Origin: a virus
Virus record (IMG/VR): IMGVR_UViG_3300049218_000083
Span: 5,861 to 69,860 of that record
DNA length: 64,000 bases
Strand: one strand, 5' to 3'
Shown here piece by piece: positions 44,562-60,200 of the stretch. The notes below the pieces were generated by a model, which saw only the letters and a program-made list of their open reading frames with translations, searched no databases and was not told where the DNA came from. How positions within the stretch are numbered: position 1 is the stretch's first letter; each line of letters begins with the position of its first letter. A program made the translations under genes and the position numbers.

Positions 44562-47506
44562 TATTTCCTCTTTAGCAGTTCAACTTCTGCTCTCAATGCT
44601 TTCAATTCTTCAACCAATGCGCCTATGATACCATTGTAGTTAAGGCTTTTGTGTCCTGTCTCTTCATTCGTATCAACGAGCTCAGGCATAACTTTTTCAA
44701 CGTCCTGGGCAATCAAACCAGCAGATGCTTTGTTGTTGTTCTTCCAGTTAAATCTGACACCATTCAGACCAGCTATGATGTTTTGTGCATCAGTGATTTT
44801 CTTTACATTATCCTTCAGATCCAAGTCAGATGTTGTATTCAAAATGGTAGCAGCCAATGTACCAGTGCTTGACTGGATCGTTACCGCTGCGCAAGTGTAA
44901 TTAGGTGCTGGTGATCCTGAAGTACCATTTGACCAGACAACAGGATATGCAGTTGGATCTGTTCTACCGCTGTTTGTTGTTAAGGTTCCAGCAGTTGTTG
45001 CTGATGTGGCTGAAGTAGCTGAAGCAACAGCGCCAGAAACAAGAGAACCAGGAACGGTTCCGGCAGTCAATGTACCGTTCATCCAATACCAATCCCACGC
45101 ACCAGAACTTGTGTTGTAGAAACCACTGATTCGACTGCTCTGTGTGGTGTCACTGACCATCAAATGTTGGTTTTGATATGACTGGTTGAAATGTATTCCA
45201 GTCCATGATGATGTTGTTCCACTTATTGCTATAGCACCATAGCTCGTTGGTGATGGTGATATGGTTGAAGATGTACCAAATTGGAACACAAGTCCACTGC
45301 TGGTGATTCCAAGTACTGATACTCCACCAACTGCTCCATTATCACCACCAACGTTAAACAGGTGGGCACCACCATTGGCAACATAATTCATGTTTCCGAC
45401 ATAATCTGAACGAACACGACCTTTAACAGATGTTCCGTTGTTAAATTCAAGTGCTGATTGACCTGAGCCGTTGACGTTCTTTACAACAATTCCGCCAACA
45501 GATCCAATACTATTTGCGTATGCTGCACTGTTAGCTGTGACAACAAGTTGCAACTGTCCAGATGGATCCGTTGAAATGATTGGTGGATATGCACTGCTTT
45601 GTGAATCGAAGACCAATGTGCCAGATGGTGCTGTGTTTGGTGTTGAACCAGCATTTGGATACAACGTTACATCGATAGAACCAAAAACATTGACCGCAAA
45701 ATAGCTGTAATTGGCTGCGAGACAGTATAGGTAAACAGATACAGATGAATCTGATTCGGTGTAACAACGAACACCTGAACCATTTATCAACTGTTGACCT
45801 TCGGAATAGAATTTCCAAGAGAAGCCATTTCTATTACCAAAGCATATCGTGTAATGTGATGCTCCACTTGCTGACCAACCGCTGTTGAATTTACCATCGA
45901 TTGTTAGGTTGTCATAACTTCCAGATGTACTTGCAGGAAGGTTAGCAATCTTGTAAAGCGTTGTGCTGGCTGGCGCTGAACCAACACCCTGGAAACCTAG
46001 CAAATTTCCTGGGTTTGAAATCATGTTGGTTGCTTGAACATTTCCAGTAAAGTAGTGGACAGCATTTGGATCTAAGCCATTACCATATGAAATAGCTGTT
46101 ACGTTTGATGTTCCGTTAGCTCTAGATACCGCAAAAATGTTGTTGATATTTGCGCCATTGTCATTGAGAGTCTGGAAAATCCATTCGCCTGTTGCTACGT
46201 CTACGTATGACCTATACGTGCCAGTGTTAGCATTGGCTGTTGTGCTTTTCTGAACAAACAATGGATATGCGTTAGCGAACACCAAAGTAGAGTTGGCAAC
46301 GTTGTATGTCAGGTCACTGTATCCTGCAAATACACCATTGGCGTTGATTTGTAGATCTAGGTTTGCACCACCCGGAATTCCTCCACCACCTGTCAGTGCA
46401 GTATCGATCGTGACGTTAGTTGTGTTTCCACCGATGATAACGTTCGATGTATTGGCAGATTTGATAGCAAGTACACCACCACCTGTTGCTCCAGTTGCGC
46501 CAGTTGGTCCTGTTGGTCCTGTTGGTCCTGTTGAACCAGTACTTCCTGCTGGTCCGGTTGGTCCTGTCGGACCTGTTGAGCCAGTGCTGCCAGTTGAGCC
46601 AGTGCTGCCAGTGCTGCCAGTTGGACCTGCTGGTCCAGTACTTCCTGCTGGTCCGGTTGGTCCTGTCGGACCTGTTGAGCCAGTGCTGCCAGTTGGACCT
46701 GTTGAGCCAGTGCTGCCAGTGCTGCCAGTTGGACCTGCTGGTCCAGTACTTCCTGTTGGTCCGGTTGGTCCTGTCGGACCTGTCGGTCCTGTTAATCCAG
46801 TTGCACCAGTGCTGCCAGTTGGGCCAGTCGGACCAGTGCTGCCAGTTGGACCTGTTGGTCCTGTGCTTCCTGTAGAACCTGTAGAACCAGTTGGTCCTGT
46901 TGGTCCAGTACTTCCTGTTGGTCCAGTTGGACCTGTTGGGCCTGTAGCACCTGTCGCTCCTGTGGCACCTACACCAGTGGAACCTGTTGATCCTGTAGCA
47001 CCGGCTGGACCTGTTGGTCCAGTGGCACCAGTTGCTCCGACTCCAGTTGCTCCCGTGCTACCTGATGGTCCGGTCGGTCCGGTCGGTCCAGTTGCTCCAG
47101 TTGGGCCAGTAGGACCTGTCGGTCCGGTAGCTCCGGAAGCACCTGTCGCACCAGATGCACCTGTTGCGCCGATAGCCGCATTGCCTCCAGGAAATACATC
47201 GATGAATACGTTGACGGACTGGTGAGTGAAGTCATCTGTAACCTTCAACAGCACGTTTGCGCTGTTGCTGAAATTCAAGTTCGCTGTGACGTTGACTAGA
47301 ACGCCATTCTCTTCAATCTTAAGTGAACTGCCACCGCCAAGTGGTGCGAACTGATTGTTCGCATACGCACCTTCAAAGGCATTAAGATCAGTGTTGAAAC
47401 GAAGATCGCCTTCCTTCGGGTTTGGGCGCTGCGCTGTATTTCCGGTTGGGAGAGTTAGCGCATCTTTCGCAATCGAGAAGTCAAAAGACGCATTATTTGC
47501 TGACAT
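44561..47506 (-). CDS. Tail fibre with collagen-like domain and C-terminal S74 intramolecular chaperone
   Basis: LP.G.TAQRP...G.LRFN N-terminus; ~230 aa of G-X-T; [10 protein letters not shown]...[13 protein letters not shown]. Confidence 0.9.
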   Translation of the reverse strand: MSANNASFDFSIAKDALTLPTGNTAQRPNPKEGDLRFNTDLNAFEGAYANNQFAPLGGGSSLKIEENGVLVNVTANLNFSNSANVLLKVTDDFTHQSVNVFIDVFPGGNAAIGATGASGATGASGATGPTGPTGPTGATGPTGPTGPSGSTGATGVGATGATGPTGPAGATGSTGSTGVGATGATGATGPTGPTGPTGSTGPTGPTGSTGSTGSTGPTGPTGSTGPTGPTGSTGATGLTGPTGPTGPTGPTGSTGPAGPTGSTGSTGSTGPTGSTGSTGPTGPTGPAGSTGPAGPTGSTGSTGSTGSTGSTGPTGPTGPAGSTGSTGPTGPTGPTGATGATGGGVLAIKSANTSNVIIGGNTTNVTIDTALTGGGGIPGGANLDLQINANGVFAGYSDLTYNVANSTLVFANAYPLFVQKSTTANANTGTYRSYVDVATGEWIFQTLNDNGANINNIFAVSRANGTSNVTAISYGNGLDPNAVHYFTGNVQATNMISNPGNLLGFQGVGSAPASTTLYKIANLPASTSGSYDNLTIDGKFNSGWSASGASHYTICFGNRNGFSWKFYSEGQQLINGSGVRCYTESDSSVSVYLYCLAANYSYFAVNVFGSIDVTLYPNAGSTPNTAPSGTLVFDSQSSAYPPIISTDPSGQLQLVVTANSAAYANSIGSVGGIVVKNVNGSGQSALEFNNGTSVKGRVRSDYVGNMNYVANGGAHLFNVGGDNGAVGGVSVLGITSSGLVFQFGTSSTISPSPTSYGAIAISGTTSSWTGIHFNQSYQNQHLMVSDTTQSSRISGFYNTSSGAWDWYWMNGTLTAGTVPGSLVSGAVASATSATSATTAGTLTTNSGRTDPTAYPVVWSNGTSGSPAPNYTCAAVTIQSSTGTLAATILNTTSDLDLKDNVKKITDAQNIIAGLNGVRFNWKNNNKASAGLIAQDVEKVMPELVDTNEETGHKSLNYNGIIGALVEELKALRAEVELLKRK
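46482..47172 (-). repeat. Collagen-like (G-P/S/A-T)n coding repeat
   Basis: 9-nt period degenerate repeats encoding GPT/GST/GAT. Confidence 0.95.
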
Positions 47507-47533
47507 GGGTGTCTCATGTAGAACGAACCCATG

Positions 47534-47541
47534 TATTTATC
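47534..47541 (-). promoter_or_regulatory. Late promoter (GATAAATA)
   Basis: Intergenic upstream of fibre gene 47506. Confidence 0.6.
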
Positions 47542-47547
47542 GCGAAC

Positions 47548-48621
47548 TCACAGTTGATACCAACCTTCACCTTCGTAGACGTTGAGCACATCCTGAAAGA
47601 ATCGCTCGTATCGTGGCGCAATAGCCTCAAGCGAATAGTTCTCTGCCACCTGCCTACACTTGGCAGGCTCAATCTTGTGGACGTTCTGAGCCGCCTCTAC
47701 GAAGTCCTTGTATGTCCTGCAACGATAGCCTGTTACACCATGAGTGTTATATTCCGTGAACGCACCCCAGTCAGTCGTAATAATTGGAGTGCCGCTGAAC
47801 AGATTCTCAATCGATACACCGGCAAACGGTTCGAGATACAGGCTCGGTATGAAGGACGCTGTAGCCTTCGACATGAGTGTCCGACGCTTTTCTGTATCAG
47901 CGTAGCCAACATACTCTACATGCTCTGGAAACTTGATGCTGCCATCCGTTTGACCTGCGATGATCAGTTTCTTACCCAATGCCTGAGTGACTTGGATTGC
48001 GATGTCAACACCTTTCCCTGGGTATACGCGCCCAAGGAACAGAAAGTAGTCATCCTTCTTGTCACTGTAAGTGAAATCTTCTGGGTCAAAGTAGTTTGGA
48101 ATGACAACGTGATACCAGTCCTGCATACACTTGCCCACAGCTGGCATTCCATAGTATGCGTGGTAGATAGCATATGATTCAAATATCTTCCACTTGGTGG
48201 TGGCAACAGCTGGATAGCCGATACCTGGCTCAATCACAATCATGCTGTCTTTTTCAGCCAGATAGATTCGCTCCAAACCAACACCCCAGAATGGTAGCAG
48301 GATGTCTGTCTTGCGCTTGCGTTTGTTGATTTCTCGGATAGCATTGGCACAGAACACCTGGTGAGCATGATCGTTGACGTCATGCTTGAAGAAGTTCTTG
48401 CGCCAGTCATAGTTGCCGTATGCGATCTCGAGGTCTTTGTTCGTAACGACTGTCACATGCTCAGAACAATCGACGACGCTATCTTCATGACCATAATGAA
48501 TCACCTCGTGGCCGCGAGCGTGCATCATCTTGCAAAACTTGAAAACCTTTTGGGTGAACGCGCAAGCAGTGTACTCTTTGCTCGTTACCGTATGTGGCAA
48601 GCCACAAACATGTAATCTCAT
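47548..48621 (-). CDS. GT-B (GT4-like) glycosyltransferase
   Basis: VIPN, FLFLGR...KG, IAGQ, EPFAGVSIE (E-X7-E), GTPII. Confidence 0.9.
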   Translation of the reverse strand: MRLHVCGLPHTVTSKEYTACAFTQKVFKFCKMMHARGHEVIHYGHEDSVVDCSEHVTVVTNKDLEIAYGNYDWRKNFFKHDVNDHAHQVFCANAIREINKRKRKTDILLPFWGVGLERIYLAEKDSMIVIEPGIGYPAVATTKWKIFESYAIYHAYYGMPAVGKCMQDWYHVVIPNYFDPEDFTYSDKKDDYFLFLGRVYPGKGVDIAIQVTQALGKKLIIAGQTDGSIKFPEHVEYVGYADTEKRRTLMSKATASFIPSLYLEPFAGVSIENLFSGTPIITTDWGAFTEYNTHGVTGYRCRTYKDFVEAAQNVHKIEPAKCRQVAENYSLEAIAPRYERFFQDVLNVYEGEGWYQL

Positions 48622-48833
48622 AATGTCTTGACCCAATCCTCGAACATTTTCAACTCAAATTTTTCAGCAAAGCAAACGGTTGTAATACCAAACACCTGGC
48701 TTACATTCCAACGTTTGTCCTGGTATGGAAAGCCTCTCCAGGAAGTGTACTCGGACTGAAAATGCTCTTTTAGATGATCGAAGATGCGCTGACTGTGTGA
48801 GTAGTAATCCCGATCGAGTACAATTTGATACAT
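48618..48833 (-). CDS. Hypothetical protein
   Basis: Coupled between oxygenase and glycosyltransferase. Confidence 0.5.
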   Translation of the reverse strand: MYQIVLDRDYYSHSQRIFDHLKEHFQSEYTSWRGFPYQDKRWNVSQVFGITTVCFAEKFELKMFEDWVKTL

Positions 48834-48834
48834 G

Positions 48835-49407
48835 TCATCTCCATTTCGGACCATCGATCCAGGCAGCTATACTGTAGCGCATTCCTGATGTAACTGGTAG
48901 AGCAGCGTGCTCAATGAACGATGGGAAGAAGATTACAGTTCCCTGGCCGCGAATCTCGGCAGCGTTGGGTTGCTCCTGAACACCGTACAATTCAAAGTTA
49001 CCACCCTCATATGTAGCAGGATCAGAAAGCTGGATGATTGCGGAAAGCTTGCGATGGTACTTGGGATCGTTGTTCATCCAAAAGACGTCGTTGTGTTTCT
49101 TGTATTCACCCTTGACTGCGCCATCGTATTCGGCGATTTGGAGATAACTCAGCTTGGACAAATGGAAGCCAAACCATTGATCGTTTGACTCTAAAGCCAT
49201 GCCCCATAGGTCATTGAAAATGAAGCCTAGTTCGGCGTCGTTTGGATACACGAAGCGTGTCTTAGACTTACGATGTTGGTTGTTTGCTGCCTTACCGTCA
49301 ACACCAAGCTGTGCATCAGAACCTGGGCGAGATTTCGCGATACGGATGATATCGTTACAGATTTCTGGGCTGTATTTGTTCTTGTAGTAAACCCATTCAC
49401 CTTTCAT
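48835..49407 (-). CDS. 2OG-Fe(II) oxygenase, prolyl-4-hydroxylase/PKHD-type
   Basis: Q..EY, HND, RKLS..QLS...YEGG, FPSF..H...PVT.G.RYS..W..GP. Confidence 0.9.
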   Translation of the reverse strand: MKGEWVYYKNKYSPEICNDIIRIAKSRPGSDAQLGVDGKAANNQHRKSKTRFVYPNDAELGFIFNDLWGMALESNDQWFGFHLSKLSYLQIAEYDGAVKGEYKKHNDVFWMNNDPKYHRKLSAIIQLSDPATYEGGNFELYGVQEQPNAAEIRGQGTVIFFPSFIEHAALPVTSGMRYSIAAWIDGPKWR

Positions 49408-49439
49408 AACGAACTCCCATTATTAAATGATCTACAACT

Positions 49440-50297
49440 TTACCTGAAATACGTGAACAGTACAAATCCACCTTGACCTGATGCAGCTTCTACTGCGCCA
49501 GAGAATAGGACGACTGATCCACTACCTCCTCCACCTGGAGAAGACGCAGCAACTGTACCACCAGTAGATGGATAACCACCTTGTCCATATGTGCCAGTCG
49601 GTCCCAACTGATAGTTCCCATATGGTGTATTATCGAACACACTTGGCTGAACACTTCCACCAGAGCCAAGTCCACCTGGACCGCTAAAGCTTGTTCCACC
49701 TTCTACACCTGCACCGCCAGTCAAGTTCTTGATGTTACCACCAGCAGCCGTACCACCAGCAGAGTCTGGTGTAAACGCAGCCGTACCACCAGCACCATTG
49801 TTAGCATGCATAGTTGTGATAGTTGCACCTGAAACTGAGGTGTTTGTTGTTCCTCTTGATCCAGCACTTCCTGCAGTTGATCCACCAAGGCCACCTGTAC
49901 CACAAACATATGAGAATGTTTGACCAGATGTACATGCGACGTTGGTCAATGCATAGCCACCAGATCCACCACCGGATCCGACAGTATCCTGAGCACCACC
50001 GCTGTAGTATCCACCACCGCCACCACTGCCCCAAGCCTCAATGGTTACGTTTCCCGCACCTGATGGGACGGTTTCTGTTCCTGAACCTGAATATTGTAGA
50101 ACACCATCCATCCACTGATTGCCTGCATACTTGCGTATGTTCAGCTTTCCAGATGATGGAATGTTTACGATTTGACCGTAAGTGTTGGAGACTTCAGAAC
50201 CACCGTTGTAATATGAAAGAAGGTTCTTTGGTGTTGTGGTTCCAGTGAACTCTTTGATGATCTGCAGTAGAGAGATCGTGCCTGTTGCCGGAATCAT
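49440..50297 (-). CDS. Gly-rich fibre-associated protein
   Basis: P..G.ISL..I..EF...L..YY...IP.SG N-terminal module plus IEAWGSGGGG glycine-rich domain. Confidence 0.75.
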   Translation of the reverse strand: MIPATGTISLLQIIKEFTGTTTPKNLLSYYNGGSEVSNTYGQIVNIPSSGKLNIRKYAGNQWMDGVLQYSGSGTETVPSGAGNVTIEAWGSGGGGGYYSGGAQDTVGSGGGSGGYALTNVACTSGQTFSYVCGTGGLGGSTAGSAGSRGTTNTSVSGATITTMHANNGAGGTAAFTPDSAGGTAAGGNIKNLTGGAGVEGGTSFSGPGGLGSGGSVQPSVFDNTPYGNYQLGPTGTYGQGGYPSTGGTVAASSPGGGGSGSVVLFSGAVEAASGQGGFVLFTYFR

Positions 50298-50298
50298 C

Positions 50299-53646
<3,348 letters not shown>

Positions 53647-53673
53647 TTAGAGTAGATCTTCAGCTGGAGTCAA

Positions 53674-53898
53674 TTATTTAGCGAGTGTTGGCGTGGAATT
53701 TGAAAGCGAAGCAAACATCTGTTTCAGTTCCTGAACCTCACTACGAAGGGTGCGCAACTCGTTTTCACGTGCTTCATCCTTCTTGAGATCAGCGATACGC
53801 TTTTCGTGGCGACGAACGGCGAGTTGGTCTGTATTCAATACAGCCTGAGTGGCCATGTCTCTCACCAGGTGGGAGTGGTCCTTTATCTTAGCTAGCAT
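53674..53898 (-). CDS. Small coiled-coil protein of T4-like tail region
   Basis: K..H..LVRD..T.A.LNTD...EL..L..EV.ELK. Confidence 0.7.
   Translation of the reverse strand: MLAKIKDHSHLVRDMATQAVLNTDQLAVRRHEKRIADLKKDEARENELRTLRSEVQELKQMFASLSNSTPTLAK
53675..53682 (-). promoter_or_regulatory. Late promoter (GCTAAATA)
   Basis: 29 nt upstream of the fibre start at 53646. Confidence 0.65.
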
Positions 53899-53899
53899 G

Positions 53900-54466
53900 T
53901 TACTTGTCCTTTTTGTTTTGGGACGCAATTTCAGCTTTCGTTGCGTTTACCCAAGCCTGCAAACCTTCGGCAGTTGCCTTGTATTGCAAGCAGATACCAT
54001 AGTTCGCATTATCTATTGCCAGTGCGTCAACAGGTGTGACACCGGATGGAGTCGCTGCTGAAGCTGCTGTAGGATCGATAGGCAATCCCTGAACGATATT
54101 GTTGTACGCTGCTACCCATCCATCTGATAGGATGTAGTGAGTGTCAGGCACGAACTTTACAACGGTCGCTGCATTGTCATGCACAACCTTTGTGATGACC
54201 TTCACGCGGTCAACATACTGGATCTGAATCTTGGTGTTAGTTTTGGTGACGATTTCATGCAATTCATCAGCATCCTTCTTCTGGGTTGCGATGTATGCGT
54301 TGATTTCTTTCTGTGCTTCAGCTTCCACCTTGTTGTGGAACCAAACCTTGCCCCAAATGAACAAACCAACCAAAAGCACTGCGGCACCGCCAGCAAGATA
54401 TGCGTTTGGAATCAATTTGAAAGCTGCACCAACACCGTCTTCAAGAAGGGTTGTAATTATGCTCAT
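53900..54466 (-). CDS. Rz-like spanin candidate
   Basis: N-terminal TM helix, periplasmic helix, YVDRVKVI, NY..C.......LQAW. Confidence 0.6.
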   Translation of the reverse strand: MSIITTLLEDGVGAAFKLIPNAYLAGGAAVLLVGLFIWGKVWFHNKVEAEAQKEINAYIATQKKDADELHEIVTKTNTKIQIQYVDRVKVITKVVHDNAATVVKFVPDTHYILSDGWVAAYNNIVQGLPIDPTAASAATPSGVTPVDALAIDNANYGICLQYKATAEGLQAWVNATKAEIASQNKKDK

Positions 54467-54470
54467 GATC

Positions 54471-57272
54471 TTAACCTGCTGGGACTGCGATGGCACGATA
54501 ATTTTGTACCAGTGGTGGTACGGTTTCATCGTTAGCAAACAGCACGATCTTGATTGCAAAATACTTGAAAGTGCCACCGAGTGGATATACAACGCCACCT
54601 TGCGTGTAGCTCAACTGACCCTTTCCGCCAGTGTTGAAGCTAAGAGAGATCTGGGTGTTTTGATCAGCACTGTAAAGGTCCTGAGCTTTGCTCATCTGCT
54701 GCCAGTACTTGTTGGTGAACAAATCGGTATCTGTTCCAGACATGACCTTGTAGTAGACCTGGATGTCTGTACCTTGTGGGCGGATGCAGTCAACAAACAC
54801 CTGCAAGTCACCGGCATCGAATCCATCAGCCAACGTGATTTGCTTGGTCACATAACGTGTCAAACCGTTTCCACCTGACTGACCAGTCTCACCAGTGATT
54901 ACACCAGTTGCGTTTGCTGGAGCACCAGGTTCAGAGAACGTAATTGTTGGAGAGACTACGTATCCTCCACCTGGGTTGATGATGTTCACAGCAGTGACGC
55001 TGTTGCCGGTAAGAGACAGCACGTTTGCCGTTGCCTGGATAGCCAAGTCGCCGGTTGGTGCGCTGATTGTGACAACGATGTTTGCTGCGTTTATGTGATT
55101 TCCTGGGCTGGTGATTGAAATAGAACCAGCGTCGATTTCACCGTTGTTGATCAGGTTGGTGACTGCCAAAAGACTTAGACGTTCTGCGTTGAAGATTGGA
55201 GATACATCTGGGTCAACCGTGAAAAGCGTTGCCTCTACCAAAGTGCTGTTACCATTACCAGCTGAGATGATACGACGACGGTTGCTTGACAATGAGCTGT
55301 TCTTCAAATCAGCGCCGAAGTTATACAGGCTGTTTGGATCGATCGCGAAGTATCCTGTGTCTGGTGCACCAGTGTTAGCAATCGTAGTCAACATTGAGTA
55401 ATCGATGTTGGCAACTGGGAATGTCAAGTCAGATGAGTGGAGCAGCGCCAAGTCCATGTAAGTGTTCTGGACTGGTGAATCTGCAGCGAATACCATGCTG
55501 ACTGGTGTCTGGCTGAACTGTGCCTTGTTCAATACGAACATCATCTGAACGCCTGGCAATGGGTTCCATGCGCTTGAGTTTTGCGCTTCATAGAAGTTGC
55601 CGACGTAGTTGCCTTGTTGAACCAGAGCAGTGCTGTTAGCCTGCGGCTCTCCAGTGTTTGCTACCCAAACTTCGTAGTCTGGTGATTCAGAGTACACAAC
55701 GATTGCGTATTCTGTTGCTGGAGCCAAGTAAACTGGGTCCCCGAAACTGAACTTTGTGATTGTGGCAGCATTTGAGCTGTCTGGATATACACCAGTGTTG
55801 CTCTGAGCGTTATAACCTGCGGTGGTATTAACATCAGCCCACTCTACGGTTGCGGATGCAAGAATGGTTGAGGTTGGGAATCCGTTGACTACCTCTGCCA
55901 ATCTTACAGTTACGGGGAACTGGGTGCTGTTACCAGATGGCTTGTTTTGGAAGAACAGGTCGATGCTGGTGCAATAGATGCCGTTGTCGGTTTTCGCAAC
56001 GTTTGGTGTTGGAACCGTGAACGTTTGTGCCAAAGGATCTGGAGATGCTTGTGGATCGTTACCGTTGGTTGTGTTGTTAACCTGGCCCTGTGTAGCCGCA
56101 CTCTGAGGAACAACAGAACTGTTGCCAGCAGCGGTCAGCGTTGGAGACGTAACAACGACTGGCGTCTGTGCAGTCGTGCTGGTAGGCGCAATAGAACCAA
56201 CAGCAGCGAAGATAGCTGTCGCACGCATCGTTGCGTCTGGGTCCTGATATGACACACCGTCGTTGATAGTGAACAGACGGTTGCCGGCTGAGAAGTTGAC
56301 ATTCTGATCTTCAGGGATGTTGAAGATACCGGAAACATGGCCGACATCATCGACGACAGGAGAACCGATTGCGTAACCTGCCTGAAGCCTGTTGGTTCCA
56401 GTTCCATAGATTGGATATGTCAATGCAGTGTTCAATGACAGCACGTTGTTTGCTACGCTGATGATTTTTGCGCTCTGGCCAACACCGTCACCAGATACGA
56501 TAGACACAATACTGTTGACAACAGAAGATGGTGGCGTACCATTGATGATCAAGTTAGAAGTGTTTGACTGCGCAACCGTGATCAAACCACTCAATGAGCT
56601 GTATGCGTTGGCAAGGAAGAAGTTGTTTACATTCGCGACGTTAGTTACACGTGCGTTCAACGGGAACTTTGAACCAAACACATGGTTGACAACGTTAGCG
56701 ATACCGCCATTTGCGGTTATTGCCTTGCCAACCTTGTAGATGATATCGTTGCCTACAGTATTTGCGATCAAACCATTGTTTGGCTGGATGACCAATGCTT
56801 GGTCTTTGTAATTCCAGAACACGACGGTTCCGAGGAAGGTATTTGCTTGACTGTTCTGGCTGTTGTTAGCCTGATAGACGATGTCACCAGGAGAGTACCA
56901 ATCGCTGTAGAACGTGTTTGAGTTTGCTGGACCGAATGGTGTTACATTGACAGTCAGGAAGTTCTCATTGACGTAGATCAGGTTGGCTTGGCTCGTGTCG
57001 ATGACTTCGACGTAAGCGTGTGTTGTATTGCAGTAAAGTCCGGTCCCGTCAGCGAACGCATTGCTTGATGTTCCGATGTTCGTTGAAAGCACAGAAGCTG
57101 GCTGAACGAATGGATTAACGAATACATCGTCAAAGTAGCAATTCGCTGAAACATAAGGTTTTAAGTCATGTGCAGAGAACTCAACTTGGATATTACGAAT
57201 AGATGGAACGATGCTATGATCGATCTGCGATTGACCAGCGATTACGATGATTGGGTTAGTCAAAGTGGACAT
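54471..57272 (-). CDS. Large baseplate/virion protein (C-terminal half of DUF4815/VrlC-like family)
   Basis: DPLAQTF, TSIDLFF..K, T.F.F..PVYL, RYVTK.ITL, F..FAIKIV. Confidence 0.75.
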   Translation of the reverse strand: MSTLTNPIIVIAGQSQIDHSIVPSIRNIQVEFSAHDLKPYVSANCYFDDVFVNPFVQPASVLSTNIGTSSNAFADGTGLYCNTTHAYVEVIDTSQANLIYVNENFLTVNVTPFGPANSNTFYSDWYSPGDIVYQANNSQNSQANTFLGTVVFWNYKDQALVIQPNNGLIANTVGNDIIYKVGKAITANGGIANVVNHVFGSKFPLNARVTNVANVNNFFLANAYSSLSGLITVAQSNTSNLIINGTPPSSVVNSIVSIVSGDGVGQSAKIISVANNVLSLNTALTYPIYGTGTNRLQAGYAIGSPVVDDVGHVSGIFNIPEDQNVNFSAGNRLFTINDGVSYQDPDATMRATAIFAAVGSIAPTSTTAQTPVVVTSPTLTAAGNSSVVPQSAATQGQVNNTTNGNDPQASPDPLAQTFTVPTPNVAKTDNGIYCTSIDLFFQNKPSGNSTQFPVTVRLAEVVNGFPTSTILASATVEWADVNTTAGYNAQSNTGVYPDSSNAATITKFSFGDPVYLAPATEYAIVVYSESPDYEVWVANTGEPQANSTALVQQGNYVGNFYEAQNSSAWNPLPGVQMMFVLNKAQFSQTPVSMVFAADSPVQNTYMDLALLHSSDLTFPVANIDYSMLTTIANTGAPDTGYFAIDPNSLYNFGADLKNSSLSSNRRRIISAGNGNSTLVEATLFTVDPDVSPIFNAERLSLLAVTNLINNGEIDAGSISITSPGNHINAANIVVTISAPTGDLAIQATANVLSLTGNSVTAVNIINPGGGYVVSPTITFSEPGAPANATGVITGETGQSGGNGLTRYVTKQITLADGFDAGDLQVFVDCIRPQGTDIQVYYKVMSGTDTDLFTNKYWQQMSKAQDLYSADQNTQISLSFNTGGKGQLSYTQGGVVYPLGGTFKYFAIKIVLFANDETVPPLVQNYRAIAVPAG

Positions 57273-60200
57273 TACAGAACCTTCACGGATGTTGGAGAGA
57301 TCGTTGTAGAGTTCTTCACAGTGGCCCCAGATGCCAACTGGATTGAACTACCCAACTGAGCATTATTTAGTGGAGCAACTGAAGCAGCTGCAACTGAAGC
57401 AACAGGTACACCATACCAATTAGTGATTGGGCTGATGACACCGTATGAACCTGCGCTGACTCTGACCTGGACATAATGGTATCCGCGATAGCCATTGTAC
57501 CAGTAGTCGAATGGATAATGCCAGAAGTCGAGAACATCGATGTACGTAGAAACAACAACTGGTGCGCTTGGTGGAGCAACGTTTGCTGCTGGCTTCAATG
57601 CTGGAGCCGTGACTGGCTTTGGCAATGGTGGCAATGCTGGAGACGCAGTTGGTGGTTGAATAATCTGTGGTGTCAAAGTTGGGCTGAACCAGTAGTCGGT
57701 TTCTGGCGTCAACTTCATGGTTCCTGTGAACTGAGCGAACAAGAATGGCTGTACAGAGATAGCCGTGGTTGCTGCATTCTGAACGACAGCTGGCACTTCA
57801 GTGTATGGCAATGAGTAAGTCTTGTCACCTTCGTTGATTGCCGCAGTATTTGAAATTAGGTTCAATCCCAATGGAGTCTGAATCTTGAATGGAGACATGG
57901 TTCCTTGCTGCAAGTAGCAGGTAAGATCCGTGCTCAAATTGTCGACATAACTGAAGTCACCGAAGTCATCTGCGATGATTCCATACTGTGGTTTTGGAGT
58001 TACACCGTCCTGATATGTCAATGTTTCTGCAGCCGCCTGTGACTCAAGCTGGCTCAATGCGCTGTAGTATTCAAGCTGGCTGATACGTGAGTCAAGGCTA
58101 GCGATATCCTTCATCGTGTATCGCTTGTTCTCAACATACTGTAGACCGATCTGTTCAACGTTTGCAGTGTAAGCTGGAACAGATACGATATACAAGGTCA
58201 TAGCATCAGAAGAGTCAGCTGGCGCTGCTGGGAACTGGCTTGGTACACCTTCGACAACAACGAACTGACCATTCTTATTCAACATCAGCTTGTCTACACG
58301 TGGTAGATAGAACTGGTATGAAAGGACCATGGTGTTGTCTGGCTGTGGCAACTCTAGACCGAATAGGGATAGAGAAGCAACGCTGGTTGACAATGCGTTC
58401 GCACGTGTTGGACGGAAGTCAATAGAGTCACGAAGAGAGAAAGTTCCCTTGCTTGGTGAGTTGTAGTAAGGAATCAAACCAGCACTGTATACACTTGAGC
58501 TATATGAGTCAACGTCGAAGAAACCGTTTGCTGTAGCGTGCTGGAAGTATTGCAACATAACGACTGTCTGACCTGTTGGACCAGAGCATCCAGCTTTCAA
58601 GGTCAAAGACGCGAAGTCGTAGTAGTTGTCATTCTGTCCGCTGTTCAGATAGTAATTGCTGGTGATGTCAATTGCGTTGGTTGCGTTTGGCGCATAGTTG
58701 ACGTTACCGGAATCGTAAACCTTGATGATGTTGAACACGTCAGGAAGGTACAGAGACTGGCTGGCACCTGGAGTCTTAGCAACAGCAGCCTTTGCCGTAT
58801 CGACATACCAAACATAGCCGTTGGCAATATCGATGTACACGTTGTTAGTGTTGGAGCCTGTCAAACCAACAACAAAGTTGCCGTTGAGATATGAGTCGGT
58901 AGAAGCAAGAACGACGTTGCTTGAGTTACCACAAAGTGTCTTGGAACGAACCACGCTGGTTGCGTTGTTCTGCTTGTTGGTGTAGTAGATGTCTGCTACG
59001 AATGCGCTTGAAGCAGAAGAGTAGATAACAACTTCGGTTGGAGATACCTGGTAAACACCGTTTCCTGATGTACCACCATGGAAGTTACGATCCATGACAA
59101 GGATTTCACCGTTGCTCAAGTTGCTTGACAGAGAGTTGGTGACTTGAACAATGAAGTTTGCGTTGGCGCCAATGTCAGTCAAGAACTGGCTTGAGAAGCC
59201 GAATGGGAATATCTGGCTGCCGGTCAATGACAACGTGAAGTTGCTGTTTGAGAAAGACGCGCCATAGTAACTTGAACGAGTAGTGAACGTCGCGTTAGCG
59301 ATTGTTCCCTGTGCAATTGGAGACTGTGGCAACTGGAACAACAGAGTGTTGAAATTAGTGTCGACCAACTGAGTGTTTCCAGTTGCGTCCTTACCAGCAA
59401 GCGCGATATCCATACATGCATTGTATGGGGTGGTGCCTGTACCCTGGGTTGCGTAAGTGTTGCCTGTGGTGCTTGGGCTGACAACCAAGGTCTCAAGGTC
59501 TTTGATTCCGTATTGCAAACTGATCACAGAAGTGCTGTTTGCTGCGGTAGACAACTGGTTGTTGAACGTAGCCACGCCAGTTGCACTGTTGTAAGATACG
59601 ATTACACGGTTGTCGATAAATGGGCCAGTCGTGATGGTTGCCAATACATTCGCGTATGCGTTCGCAGCAATACCGATGTATGGCGCACCAAGGTTTGCGC
59701 TGATAGTTGTACCAGACACCGCAGTCAGGGTGTTTGGTGTGATGTTCATGTTTAGGACGTATGCGTAGTAATCACCAAGTCCTAGATATTCGATATCACG
59801 AATCTGACCTGTACCGATTTTGGTTGCAGCGTATGCAGCACCGGTTGCGTTGTTGATTGTGCCAGAACTTACAAGATGAAGATCAACGTTCTGGAACGCA
59901 GCGATGTTGAATGATCCAGTTGTGTTACCTGGGTGCAGGTTGGTGACGGTCAGAATGTTACCGAACTCGGTTGAGAAGCTGTAGTCAGTAATCGTGTTGG
60001 TTGACAATGCCTTGTCAGATGGAAGACGAGTCGTTCCAACTGTGTTGTATTCGTAACCCTTGACGAAAGCCTCACCAGGAGAAATCACCAATGTGTACTG
60101 GTTTGCGTTTGCAGAGTTGATGTCAGCGGTTGCAATGAATGGACGCACCGTGAAGTCGCCATTCGTATCGTAGGTGCGCTGTGCCAATGTTGCGTTGATT

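Noticed and set aside
57260-57290. DUF4815 split as an assembly frameshift
   Set aside because: Clean TAATG stop/start coupling and a late-promoter octamer at 57364-57371 suggest a genuine two-gene arrangement.
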